Program-made: the position numbers and the translations under genes | Source of the DNA: an uncultured Actinomycetes bacterium | GTDB taxonomy: Bacteria; Actinomycetota; UBA4738; HRBIN12 | Assembly: GCA_963704725.1 (NCBI GenBank) | Contig: OY969934.1 | Location: forward strand, 1,120,001 to 1,184,000 | DNA: 64,000 nucleotides | Direction: 5' to 3' | The notes under the pieces: generated by a model | What the model was told of the DNA's origin: nothing | The model's database searches: none | What the model saw: the letters and a program-made list of their open reading frames with translations, nothing else | Shown here: in pieces, positions 10,709 to 19,331 of the stretch | Layout of the letters: each line of letters starts with the position of its first letter | Position numbering within the stretch: the first letter of the stretch is position 1

Positions 10709-11602
10709 ATGGGACAGGGCTCAGCGAACGGAACGGCCACCGCCACCACCGACGATCGGCGCGAGCAGGACGCGCTCATCCTCGAGCACCTCGAGCTCGT
10801 GCAGCACGTCGTGAACCAGGTGTCGATGCGGTACCCCCGACACATCGATCGGCAGGAGCTGTGGAACGCCGGCGCGCTCGGATTGGTGCAGGCGGCCCGT
10901 CGCTACCGACCCGAGACGGGCGTCCCGTTCTTCCGCTACGCGGTCACGAGGATCCGAGGCGCGATCATCGACTCCACGCGCGACGGCGACTGGGTCGCCC
11001 GCGGCGTCCGCCGGGGGGTCCGCGAGATGCGCGACGTCGAGGATCGGTTCGAGGAGTCGCGCGGCGAGCGCCCGACGGACGGGGAGCTCGCGCCGGCGCT
11101 CAACATCACGATCGACGAGCTCCGGACCCGCCGGGCCGCGGCCGCCGCCTCGAGCCTGCTCCACCTGGAGCACCGCATCGACGACGAGGCCAGCCTGGGC
11201 GACTCGGTCGCCGAGGAGCACCACGACGCCCTGCCGGAGCCCGCGCTCGAGGAGCGCGAGATGCTCGGCACGGTGCGGACCGCGATCCGGTACCTGCCCC
11301 CGATCCAGCGGGCGGTCATCACGCGGTACTACCTCCAGGGCGAGATGCTCCAGGACATCGCGGCCACGATGGGCGTCAGCGAGGCCCGCGTCTCCCAGAT
11401 CGTCTCGGAGGCGGTCAACGCGCTTCGCTCGTACCTCGGGACGCAGTTCGAGGGTGTTCCCCGGGTCGCTCCGAACGCCCCCGGCAAGCGCCAGCGCGGT
11501 GCGTACGTCTCGCTCGTCAAGACCGTCAGCTGCTGGCAGGAGCGCATGCGCGCCGCCGACGCTCCCCTCCGCGAGCCCGTGCCCGCCCTGCGGGCGATGT
11601 AG
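10709..11602 (+). CDS. fliA: RNA polymerase sigma factor, FliA/WhiG (sigma-28) family
   Basis: GALGLVQAA, YAVTRIRGAIID..R..DW, PTDGELA, MGVSEARVSQI; about 55-aa C-terminal extension. Confidence 0.88.
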   Translation: MGQGSANGTATATTDDRREQDALILEHLELVQHVVNQVSMRYPRHIDRQELWNAGALGLVQAARRYRPETGVPFFRYAVTRIRGAIIDSTRDGDWVARGVRRGVREMRDVEDRFEESRGERPTDGELAPALNITIDELRTRRAAAAASSLLHLEHRIDDEASLGDSVAEEHHDALPEPALEEREMLGTVRTAIRYLPPIQRAVITRYYLQGEMLQDIAATMGVSEARVSQIVSEAVNALRSYLGTQFEGVPRVAPNAPGKRQRGAYVSLVKTVSCWQERMRAADAPLREPVPALRAM

Positions 11603-11641
11603 CGGCCCCCAGCGTCGCCGCCTCCCGTACCATCCCTCCTC

Positions 11642-13171
11642 GTGCTCCTCGAGGAGATCGCTCGGACCTCGGCCGCGCTGGCCGGGACCTCGGGGCGGCT
11701 GGCGAAGATCGGCCTGATCGCCGGGTGCCTCGCCGCCCTTCGTCCCGACGAGGTGCCCGTCGCGGTGGCCTACCTCTCCGGCTCGCTCCCCCAGGGCACG
11801 ATCGGCGTCGGCTGGGCCTCGCTGCGCGAGCTCCCGCCCCCCGCCGCCGGTGCGACGCTCGAGCTTCTCGACGTGCACGCCTCGTTCGGCCGGATCGGCG
11901 CGGCCGCCGGCGCCGGCAGCCGGGGGGTGCGGCGGGGCGAGCTGGCGGATCTGTTCGGCCGGGCCACCGAGCCCGAGCGCCGGTTCCTCGTGGGCCTGCT
12001 CTCGGGGGAGCTGCGGCAGGGGGCCCTCGAGGGCGTCGTGGTGGAGGCCGTGGCGCGAGCGGCGTCCGTCCCCGCCGGTGAGGTCCGCCGGGCGATGATG
12101 CTCGCCGGCGACCTCGCGCCGGTCGCCGCGGCCGCGATGACCGACGGCGCCGCCGGGCTGGCCCGCTTCCACCTCACCGTGCTGCGGGCCGTGCAGCCGA
12201 TGCTCGCGCAGACGGCGGACGGCGTGGCCGAGGCGATGGGCCGCATCCAACCCGCGGCCCTGGAGTGGAAGCTCGACGGCGCGCGGATCCAGGTCCACCG
12301 GCTGGGAGACGAGGTACGCGTGTTCACGCGCACGCTGGCCGACGTCACCGATCGCGTCCCCGAGATCGTGGACGGCGTCCGGTCCCTGCCTGCCCGCGCG
12401 CTGATCCTCGACGGCGAGGCGATCGCGCTGCGCCCCGACGCGAGGCCGCATCGGTTCCAGGTCACGATGAGCCGATTCGGGAGCCGGACCGACGCCGCGC
12501 GCCAGCGCGCCGTGACGCCGCTGTCGTCCTTCTTCTTCGACTGCCTGCACGCCGACGGCGAGGACCTGCTGGATCGCCCGGCGCGGGAGCGGTTCTCGGC
12601 GCTCGATGATCGGGTGCCGGAGCGGATGCGCGTCCCCAGGGCCGTCGCGCTCGAGGTCCCCGAGGCCGAGCGCTTCCTGGACGACGCGCTGGCCCGAGGT
12701 CACGAGGGCGTGATGGTGAAGGCGCTCGACGCCCCGTACGAGGCGGGCCGGCGAGGCGCCGGCTGGCTGAAGGTCAAGCGCGCGAACACGCTGGACCTCG
12801 TGGTCCTGGCCGCCGAGTGGGGCCACGGGCGCCGGCAGGGATGGCTGAGCAACCTCCACCTCGGAGCGCGCGATCCGGGATCGGGCGGCTTCGTGATGCT
12901 CGGCAAGACCTTCAAGGGGATGACGGACGAGATGCTGGCCTGGCAGACCGAACGGCTCCTCTCGCTCGAGACCGGGCGCGACGCCTTCACGGTCTTCGTC
13001 CGTCCCGAGCTCGTCGTCGAGGTCGCCTTCGACGGCCTCCAGTCGAGCCGTCGGTACCCCGGCGGCCTGGCCCTGCGGTTCGCCAGGGTGAAGGGGTACC
13101 GGCCCGACAAGCGGCCGGAGGACGCCGACCTCATCGACACGGTTCGCGCCATCCACGACGGATCGTCGTAG
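11642..13171 (+). CDS. ligB: ATP-dependent DNA ligase (LigB type)
   Basis: EWKLDGARIQ, LDGE, FFDCL, EGVMVK, WLKVK, ALRFAR. Confidence 0.92.
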   Translation: MLLEEIARTSAALAGTSGRLAKIGLIAGCLAALRPDEVPVAVAYLSGSLPQGTIGVGWASLRELPPPAAGATLELLDVHASFGRIGAAAGAGSRGVRRGELADLFGRATEPERRFLVGLLSGELRQGALEGVVVEAVARAASVPAGEVRRAMMLAGDLAPVAAAAMTDGAAGLARFHLTVLRAVQPMLAQTADGVAEAMGRIQPAALEWKLDGARIQVHRLGDEVRVFTRTLADVTDRVPEIVDGVRSLPARALILDGEAIALRPDARPHRFQVTMSRFGSRTDAARQRAVTPLSSFFFDCLHADGEDLLDRPARERFSALDDRVPERMRVPRAVALEVPEAERFLDDALARGHEGVMVKALDAPYEAGRRGAGWLKVKRANTLDLVVLAAEWGHGRRQGWLSNLHLGARDPGSGGFVMLGKTFKGMTDEMLAWQTERLLSLETGRDAFTVFVRPELVVEVAFDGLQSSRRYPGGLALRFARVKGYRPDKRPEDADLIDTVRAIHDGSS

Positions 13172-13192
13172 CGGGCGCGGGCGCCGCCGGTC

Positions 13193-13606
13193 CTAGCCGC
13201 CGCCCTCGACCGAGTACCGCTTGGGGTTCATGACGTCGACGCGGAGGGACTTGCCGACGAACCGCTGTGACTCCGTCGAGTCCTCGATGACCGGCATCCG
13301 GCCCCCTCGCACCTTGCCGTCCCCGAACACGAGCGAACCCGCGGCCACCACGTAGCCGTCGCCGTCGATGTTCAGCCGAACCGCATACGCGACCCTCGAC
13401 TGCGAGGGAGCAACGAGGTAGAAGCCGTGGGCCATGCCCACGGGCTCTTCGTTGGAATCCCAGGACAAGACCGAGACCGACCTGTAGAGCACCTCCCGGA
13501 ACGCCACCCGCCGGATCAAGGCGTTGGCGTCGCCGTCCTCCTGGTCGAACTCCATCTCCTCGTCGCGGGCGATGAACCTGAGCCCGGTGCCTTCGTTCTG
13601 GATCAT
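13193..13606 (-). CDS. hypothetical beta-rich protein, 137 aa
   Basis: GGAGG RBS before the ATG at 13606, alternating beta-strand pattern, fills the gap between ligB and the cyclase. Confidence 0.6.
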   Translation of the reverse strand: MIQNEGTGLRFIARDEEMEFDQEDGDANALIRRVAFREVLYRSVSVLSWDSNEEPVGMAHGFYLVAPSQSRVAYAVRLNIDGDGYVVAAGSLVFGDGKVRGGRMPVIEDSTESQRFVGKSLRVDVMNPKRYSVEGGG

Positions 13607-13704
13607 CCCTGCCTCCCTGGAGCCGCGGCGGCGCATCGGCCTCGAACCGTATCCGGCCCCGGCGCGCCGGGGCAAGGGGGGTCGCGCACCCTAGACTGCT
13701 GCGC

Positions 13705-16700
13705 ATGCCGGTGTGCCCGGCCTGCGGTGAACGCAACCTCGCCCGCGCGCAGTTCTGCATGTCCTGCGGGCAGCCCCTCCCGTCCCCCGGGACCGATGCT
13801 GCCGCCGAGGTCCGCAAGGTGGTCACGGTCCTGTTCAGCGACATCGCCGGCTCGACCCCGATCGGGGAGCGGCTGGATCCGGAGGCCGTCCGCCGGGTGA
13901 TGGGGCGCTTCTTCGAGGAGATGAAGAGGGTTCTCGAGCGCCACGGCGGAACGGTCGAGAAGTTCATCGGCGACGCCATCGTCGCGGTGTTCGGCATCCC
14001 GGTCCTGCACGAGGACGACGCCGTTCGTGCCGTTCGGGCCGCGCTCGAGATGCAGCGGACGCTCGCCACGTTGAACCAGGAGCTCGACCCACTGGGGGTC
14101 TCCATCGTGACGCGCACCGGCATCAACACGGGCGAGGTCGTGGCGGGAGACCCCGCATGGGGGCAACCGCTCGTGGTCGGCGATGCGGTGAACGTGGCCG
14201 CCCGGCTGGAGCAGTCCGCTCCACCGGACGGGGTCGTGCTCGGCGCCGATACGTACGCGCTCGTGCGCGAGTTCGTGCGCGTCGAGCCGAAGGAGGACGT
14301 CATCCTGAAGGGGAAGCGCGCTCCGGTCACGACCTATCGGCTGCTCGGACTCAACACGGGATCGACCGCTCAGCCCGCGAGGGCGGAGCCGGCGCTCGTC
14401 GGCCGGCAGGGCGAGCTGGACCTGCTGAGGGCGGCGTTCGAGCGGACCGTGAACGAGCGTGCCTGTCATCTGCTCACGGTGGTTGGCTCGGCGGGCGTCG
14501 GGAAGTCGCGGCTCGCGAAGGAGTTCGTCTCCTCGCTCGGCGGAGCCGTCACCGCCCTCGTCGGCCGGTGCCTGCCCTACGGGGAAGGGATCACGTTCTG
14601 GCCCGTCTCCGAGATCGTGAAGCAGGCGACGGGGATCGCCGACGAGGATCGACGGGACGAGGCCCGCGCGAAGATCGACGCGCTGCTCGAGGGGTCGGTC
14701 GATGCCGCACTCGTCGCGGACCGCGTCGCCGCGGCGGCGACACTTTCGGATTCGAGCGTCGGCATCCAGGAGACGTACTGGGCGATCCGTCGGCTTTGTG
14801 AGTGGCTGGGACGGGAGCGGCCGCTCGTCCTCGTGTTCGACGACATCCAGTGGGGGGAGGATGCGTTCCTCGGCCTGCTCGAGTACCTGGTCGGCTGGGG
14901 CCGAGACGTTCCGATCCTCCTGCTGTGTCTGGCGCGTCCCGATCTGCTCGACGTGCGGCCGGCCTGGACCGCCGCGAGCGCCCACACATCAGCGATCTCG
15001 CTGGCTCCGTTGACGGACGGTGAGACCGAGCAGCTGATCGTCAACCATCTGGGGCCCGAAGGCCTCGATCCCCCGATCATCGATCGCTTCATCGAGGCGG
15101 GCGGGGGCAACCCCTTGTTCGTCGAGGAGCTCCTCCGCATGCTGGAGGACGAAGGCGTCCTCCAGCGGGATGAAGGTCGGTTGAGCGTGATCGGCGACGT
15201 CGTGGAGATCGTGGTCCCCAGAACGATCCAGGCGCTCTTGAGCGCGCGACTCGACCGCCTCGACCCTGCCGAGCGCACCGTGATCCGGAGCGCGTCGGTG
15301 GTCGGCAAGTTCTTCTGGTGGGGGGCCGTCTCGGAGCTCGTGCCGGAGAGGCTCCGGCCGGAGGTCGGCGCGCACTTGCAGACCCTCGTGCGCAAGGAGC
15401 TGATCCGCCCGGATCGGTCCGCGTTCGCCGGGTTCGCCGGCGAGGACGCGTTCCGGTTCCATCACATCCTGATCCAGGAGGCCGCCTATCAGGGAACGCC
15501 GAAGGAGACTCGGGTCGATCTCCATCGGCGCTTCGCGGCTTGGCTCGAACGGGCGGCCGGAGAGCGGAGCGCCGAGTACGAGGAGGTGCTCGGTTATCAC
15601 CTGGAGCAGGCCGCGCGCAACCGGACCGAGCTCGGACTCGAGGATGAGGAGACCCGATCGTTGGCCGTTCGGGCCGCGGAGCTCCTGGCGTCGGCCGGGC
15701 GGCGAGCATTGTCGCGAGGGGACATGCACGCCGCGGCGAACCTCTTGGATCGAGCCGCCGGCCAGCTGCCGGCCGATGACCCCATCCGGCTCCGCCTGCT
15801 TCCCGATCTCGGTGAGGCCCTGATGGAGGCGGGGGACTTCGCTCGCGCGGACGGCGTCCTGACCGAGGGAGCGACCCTCGCGGCCTCGGCCGGTGACCCT
15901 GGGCTCGAGGCGCATGCACGGATCGTCCGCCTGCTCCTGCAGGAGTCGACGGACCCGAAGCACCGAGCCGAGGAGGCCATTCGCGTCCTCGGGGAGACGA
16001 TCCCGGTCCTGGAGGAGCTGGGTGACCATCTCGGGCTGGCCCGGGCATGGCGCCTCCTCGGCGACCTGCGGTGGACGAGAGGGCGCTACGCCGATGCCGG
16101 GGATGCCCTCGAGCGCGCGGTCGATCATGCGCGGTCGGCCGGAGCGGTCTGGCAGGAGGTCGAGGTCCTCGGACAGTTCGCCGGGGCGGGTCTGTACGGC
16201 CCGACGCCGGTTCCCGAGGTCGTGGAGCGCTGCCGCAGGATCCTGGAACGCTCCGGCCGCAACCCGAGCGTCGAGGCTCGGGTGTTCCGCACGCTCGGCT
16301 CCCTGCGGGCCATGGAGGGCAAGTTCGACGAGGCGCGAGAGCTCGTTCGTCGGGCGCGGGAGATCCTCGTCGATCTCGGGCTGAAGCTGCGGGCGTCCTT
16401 CGCCTCGGAGGCCGCGGCGTTCGTGGAGATGCTCGCCGGTGACCCCGTGGCGGCGGAGGGGGAGCTCCGTGCCGGTTACGAGGCGGCCGAGAGCCTGGGG
16501 GAACGGGGGTTCCAATCGACCGTCGCGGCGCTCCTGGCCCACGCGCTCTGGGAACAGCGCCGTCTCGCCGAAGCGGAGCGCTATTCGCGGATCGCCGAGG
16601 AGATCGGAGCCGAGGACGACCTGTCGACCCAGGTGTTGTGGCGGAGCGCCCGAGCCCGGGTGCTCGCGGCCGCGGGGGACGAGGTCGCGGCCGAGGAGCT

Positions 16701-16917
16701 GGCGCGTCGTGCCGTCGCGCTGGCCGAGGACACCGACGACGTCAACATGTGCGCCGACACGCTCGTCGCGCTCGGCGAGGTGCTCCGCGCCGGCGGTCGC
16801 GACGACGACGCGGCGACCGCGCTGGGTGACGCGCTCGCGCGCTACGAGGCCAAGGGCAACGTGGTGGGAGCCGACGACGTCCGGCGCCGGCTCGACGCCC
16901 TCGACGCGTCGGTCTGA
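13705..16917 (+). CDS. zinc ribbon + class III adenylate/guanylate cyclase + AAA (STAND) ATPase + TPR protein
   Basis: CPACG..FCMSCG; FSDIAGST, KFIGDA, GDAVNVAARLE; GSAGVGKS, LVFDD, GGNPLF; helical repeat C-terminus; TAGACT -10 just upstream. Confidence 0.92.
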   Translation: MPVCPACGERNLARAQFCMSCGQPLPSPGTDAAAEVRKVVTVLFSDIAGSTPIGERLDPEAVRRVMGRFFEEMKRVLERHGGTVEKFIGDAIVAVFGIPVLHEDDAVRAVRAALEMQRTLATLNQELDPLGVSIVTRTGINTGEVVAGDPAWGQPLVVGDAVNVAARLEQSAPPDGVVLGADTYALVREFVRVEPKEDVILKGKRAPVTTYRLLGLNTGSTAQPARAEPALVGRQGELDLLRAAFERTVNERACHLLTVVGSAGVGKSRLAKEFVSSLGGAVTALVGRCLPYGEGITFWPVSEIVKQATGIADEDRRDEARAKIDALLEGSVDAALVADRVAAAATLSDSSVGIQETYWAIRRLCEWLGRERPLVLVFDDIQWGEDAFLGLLEYLVGWGRDVPILLLCLARPDLLDVRPAWTAASAHTSAISLAPLTDGETEQLIVNHLGPEGLDPPIIDRFIEAGGGNPLFVEELLRMLEDEGVLQRDEGRLSVIGDVVEIVVPRTIQALLSARLDRLDPAERTVIRSASVVGKFFWWGAVSELVPERLRPEVGAHLQTLVRKELIRPDRSAFAGFAGEDAFRFHHILIQEAAYQGTPKETRVDLHRRFAAWLERAAGERSAEYEEVLGYHLEQAARNRTELGLEDEETRSLAVRAAELLASAGRRALSRGDMHAAANLLDRAAGQLPADDPIRLRLLPDLGEALMEAGDFARADGVLTEGATLAASAGDPGLEAHARIVRLLLQESTDPKHRAEEAIRVLGETIPVLEELGDHLGLARAWRLLGDLRWTRGRYADAGDALERAVDHARSAGAVWQEVEVLGQFAGAGLYGPTPVPEVVERCRRILERSGRNPSVEARVFRTLGSLRAMEGKFDEARELVRRAREILVDLGLKLRASFASEAAAFVEMLAGDPVAAEGELRAGYEAAESLGERGFQSTVAALLAHALWEQRRLAEAERYSRIAEEIGAEDDLSTQVLWRSARARVLAAAGDEVAAEELARRAVALAEDTDDVNMCADTLVALGEVLRAGGRDDDAATALGDALARYEAKGNVVGADDVRRRLDALDASV

Positions 16918-16919
16918 CC

Positions 16920-18230
16920 CTACCGGGGGCCGCGCTCGCGGCCGAGCGCTTCGATCAGGTCGGCGGCGCGCGTCTTGCCGTCGCGGGCCCGGATCCGGGC
17001 GCTCTCCGAGGCCATCCGCTCGCGGAGCGCGCCGTCGCCGAGGAGACGGTCGACGGCGTCGGGGAGCTCGCGATCCTCGAACGCGTAGGTGTCGAGCCGC
17101 TCGCCGAGCCCGAGCTCCTGCACCCGCTGCGCGTTGTCGTACTGGTCCCAGAACAGCGGCAGCACCACCATCGGCTTGCCGAAGTGCAGGGCCTCCGTCG
17201 TCGTGTTGTTGCCGCCGTGCGTGATCACGAGGTCGACGAGGGGGACGATCGACGTCTGCGGCACGCGGGCCTCTCCCCACATCGAGTCGGGGAGCTCGAT
17301 CTCGTCCGCGCGAGGGCCCTTCGACACGACGTAGCGGTGGGGCGTGCGCGACAGCACGTCCACGAGGCGCTTCATCAGGTCCACGTCCGCCGAGCCGAGC
17401 GAGCCGAGGGACAGGTACACCAGCGAGCCGTCGCCGCCCCGCAGCGACTCGGGGACCTCCCAAGGCTCCTCGGTCTCGCGAACGCTGGAGTCGAGGCGGT
17501 GCCACGTCGGCGCGAGCGGGCGCGAACGCGGGTAGTCGGCGGCCTCGGGGTACACGTACAGGTTCAGGTCCGGCGACTCGTGGATGAACTCCAGGTCGGG
17601 CAGGTGCGGCGCCCCCTGCTCGGTCACCCACGCGTCGAACGAGGCCCACAGCTCGCGGTGCGTGCGCTCGTACTCGGCGCGGAACTCGTCCCACCCCGAG
17701 CGGTCGTCGTGCGGGTATCCGCTGAACGCCGGCGCGAGGTCGGGGTCCTTCATCTCGAGCGGGTTGCAGCTCAGGATCCGGACCCACGGCGCCCCGTGTG
17801 TCAGCAGCGCGGGGAAGGCGCTCACGTTGTCCTCGACGATCACGTCGGGCCTCGCCCGGTCGAGGATCTCGCGGAGCGCGGGCTCGCAGTACTTCGCGCC
17901 CTCGATCAACGACTCCCACACCGGCTTGATGAACGTGCCGAGCTGCTCGATCGTTGGCCTGCGGAACTCGGGCGCGGTCTGGATCACGAAGTCGGTCCAG
18001 AACTGACCCGCGTCCTGCTCGGTCTCTGCCTCTTCCGGCGCCGGCGGCGCGAGGTCGACGAGGTCCTCCTCGAAGCCGAGCGGCTCGAGCCGGCCCTTCC
18101 AGGACGCCTCGGCGGCGAACACGACGCGATGCCCGCGCCGCTCGAGGATCTTGCCGATGCCGATGCAGTTGTTCGTCGGCCCGTACGCGCTCTCGGGCAT
18201 GAACACGATCATCAGCCGTTCGCCGCTCAT
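16920..18230 (-). CDS. GT1 glycosyltransferase (MGT/OleD-like)
   Basis: YLSLGSLG, VPQ, ITHGGNNTTTEALHFGKPMVVLPLFWDQYDNA (UDPGT signature). Confidence 0.9.
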   Translation of the reverse strand: MSGERLMIVFMPESAYGPTNNCIGIGKILERRGHRVVFAAEASWKGRLEPLGFEEDLVDLAPPAPEEAETEQDAGQFWTDFVIQTAPEFRRPTIEQLGTFIKPVWESLIEGAKYCEPALREILDRARPDVIVEDNVSAFPALLTHGAPWVRILSCNPLEMKDPDLAPAFSGYPHDDRSGWDEFRAEYERTHRELWASFDAWVTEQGAPHLPDLEFIHESPDLNLYVYPEAADYPRSRPLAPTWHRLDSSVRETEEPWEVPESLRGGDGSLVYLSLGSLGSADVDLMKRLVDVLSRTPHRYVVSKGPRADEIELPDSMWGEARVPQTSIVPLVDLVITHGGNNTTTEALHFGKPMVVLPLFWDQYDNAQRVQELGLGERLDTYAFEDRELPDAVDRLLGDGALRERMASESARIRARDGKTRAADLIEALGRERGPR

Positions 18231-18275
18231 CGCGGCCGAGAGCCTAGGCCAGGGCGGGCCCCGGCGGCGACCCCG

Positions 18276-18629
18276 CTACTGAACGGTGATCGTGCCGGTC
18301 ATCTCCGGGTGGATCGAGCAGTGATAGCGGAACGTGCCCGTGTGGCGGAAGCGCCGGGTGAACGAGTCGCCCGGCGACACGCGCGCGTCCCAGTCGCCGT
18401 CGTTCGACGTGGTCGTGTGGGTGATCCCGGCGGTGTTCGTCCACCGCACGCGGTCGCCGCGGTCGATCGTGATCGCCGCCGGGCGGAACCGGTTCCGGGC
18501 GCCGCTCCTCATCGTGATCCGGTGGACGGTCGAGGCGCGCCGGTCGTCGCTGCTTCGGGCGGCCGCGGGGACGACGAACGTCAGCGCGACGAGCGCGACG
18601 AGGGCGATCGCGACGAGGGTGCGCTTCAT
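18276..18629 (-). CDS. secreted cupredoxin (plastocyanin/azurin family)
   Basis: signal peptide; F.PA.ITI..GD.V.WTN..H; YHCSIHPEM type-1 copper ligands. Confidence 0.88.
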   Translation of the reverse strand: MKRTLVAIALVALVALTFVVPAAARSSDDRRASTVHRITMRSGARNRFRPAAITIDRGDRVRWTNTAGITHTTTSNDGDWDARVSPGDSFTRRFRHTGTFRYHCSIHPEMTGTITVQ

Positions 18630-18701
18630 GGTTCGGCTCCTTCTGGGCTCGGGGGGTTCGGTGATGGTACGTGCGGCGCCCCCCACGGGATGCCGCCGGA
18701 C

Positions 18702-19133
18702 TCAACCCAGGGTGGCGGTGAGCACGATCTCGGGAACCGCGGCCAGCGCCTTGGACACGGGACAGTTCTCCTTCGTCCCGGCGGCGATCTTCTGGAAGGT
18801 GGCGTCGTCGATCCCGCCGCCCACCCGAGCGCGCGTGTCGAGCTCGATCCGGTTGATGGAGGAGCCGGCGTCCCCGCGCTCGATCCGCACCCGCGCCGTC
18901 GTCTCGACGTGCTCGGGCTGGAACCCGGCCTTGACCAGGTCCCCGGACAGGGCCATCGAGAAGCAGCCGGCGTGGGCCGCTGCGATGAGCTCCTCGGGGT
19001 TCGTCCCGGCTCCCTCCTCGAATCGGGAAGAGAAGGAGTAGGCACCGTCGAACGCGCCACCCTCGAGGCGCATGTGCCCCGAGCCCTCGCGCAGCGTTCC
19101 GGTCCACTCGGCGTCGGCTCGGCGGATGGGCAT
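18702..19133 (-). CDS. osmC: OsmC family peroxiredoxin
   Basis: YSFSSRFE, GTNPEELIAAAHAGCFSMAL, CPVSKAL. Confidence 0.95.
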   Translation of the reverse strand: MPIRRADAEWTGTLREGSGHMRLEGGAFDGAYSFSSRFEEGAGTNPEELIAAAHAGCFSMALSGDLVKAGFQPEHVETTARVRIERGDAGSSINRIELDTRARVGGGIDDATFQKIAAGTKENCPVSKALAAVPEIVLTATLG

Positions 19134-19331
19134 GTCGATCTCCTCCTCAGGTCTGGTCCCTGCGAACCTACCCGAGGTCGCCCCGCTCGCGCTGCGCGGA
19201 AAGGCCGCCGGGGTCGTTGCATCGGCCTCCGGGCGGCCGTACGGTTCTCAGCCCCAGCCCGCGGGGGCTGTCTCTCGCGTGCGCCGGGGCCCAGAGCTCG
19301 ACAGGACGATCGTTTCCGGGAGGCGATCGAG

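Noticed and set aside
17184-19331. N-terminal 716 aa of the 1280-aa ORF, and other long Arg/Pro/Ala-rich ORFs such as 48687..52724, 14989..17919 and 22986..25841
   Set aside because: These are shadow frames of real genes caused by stop-codon scarcity at high GC. The real start of the 1280-aa ORF is 19332.
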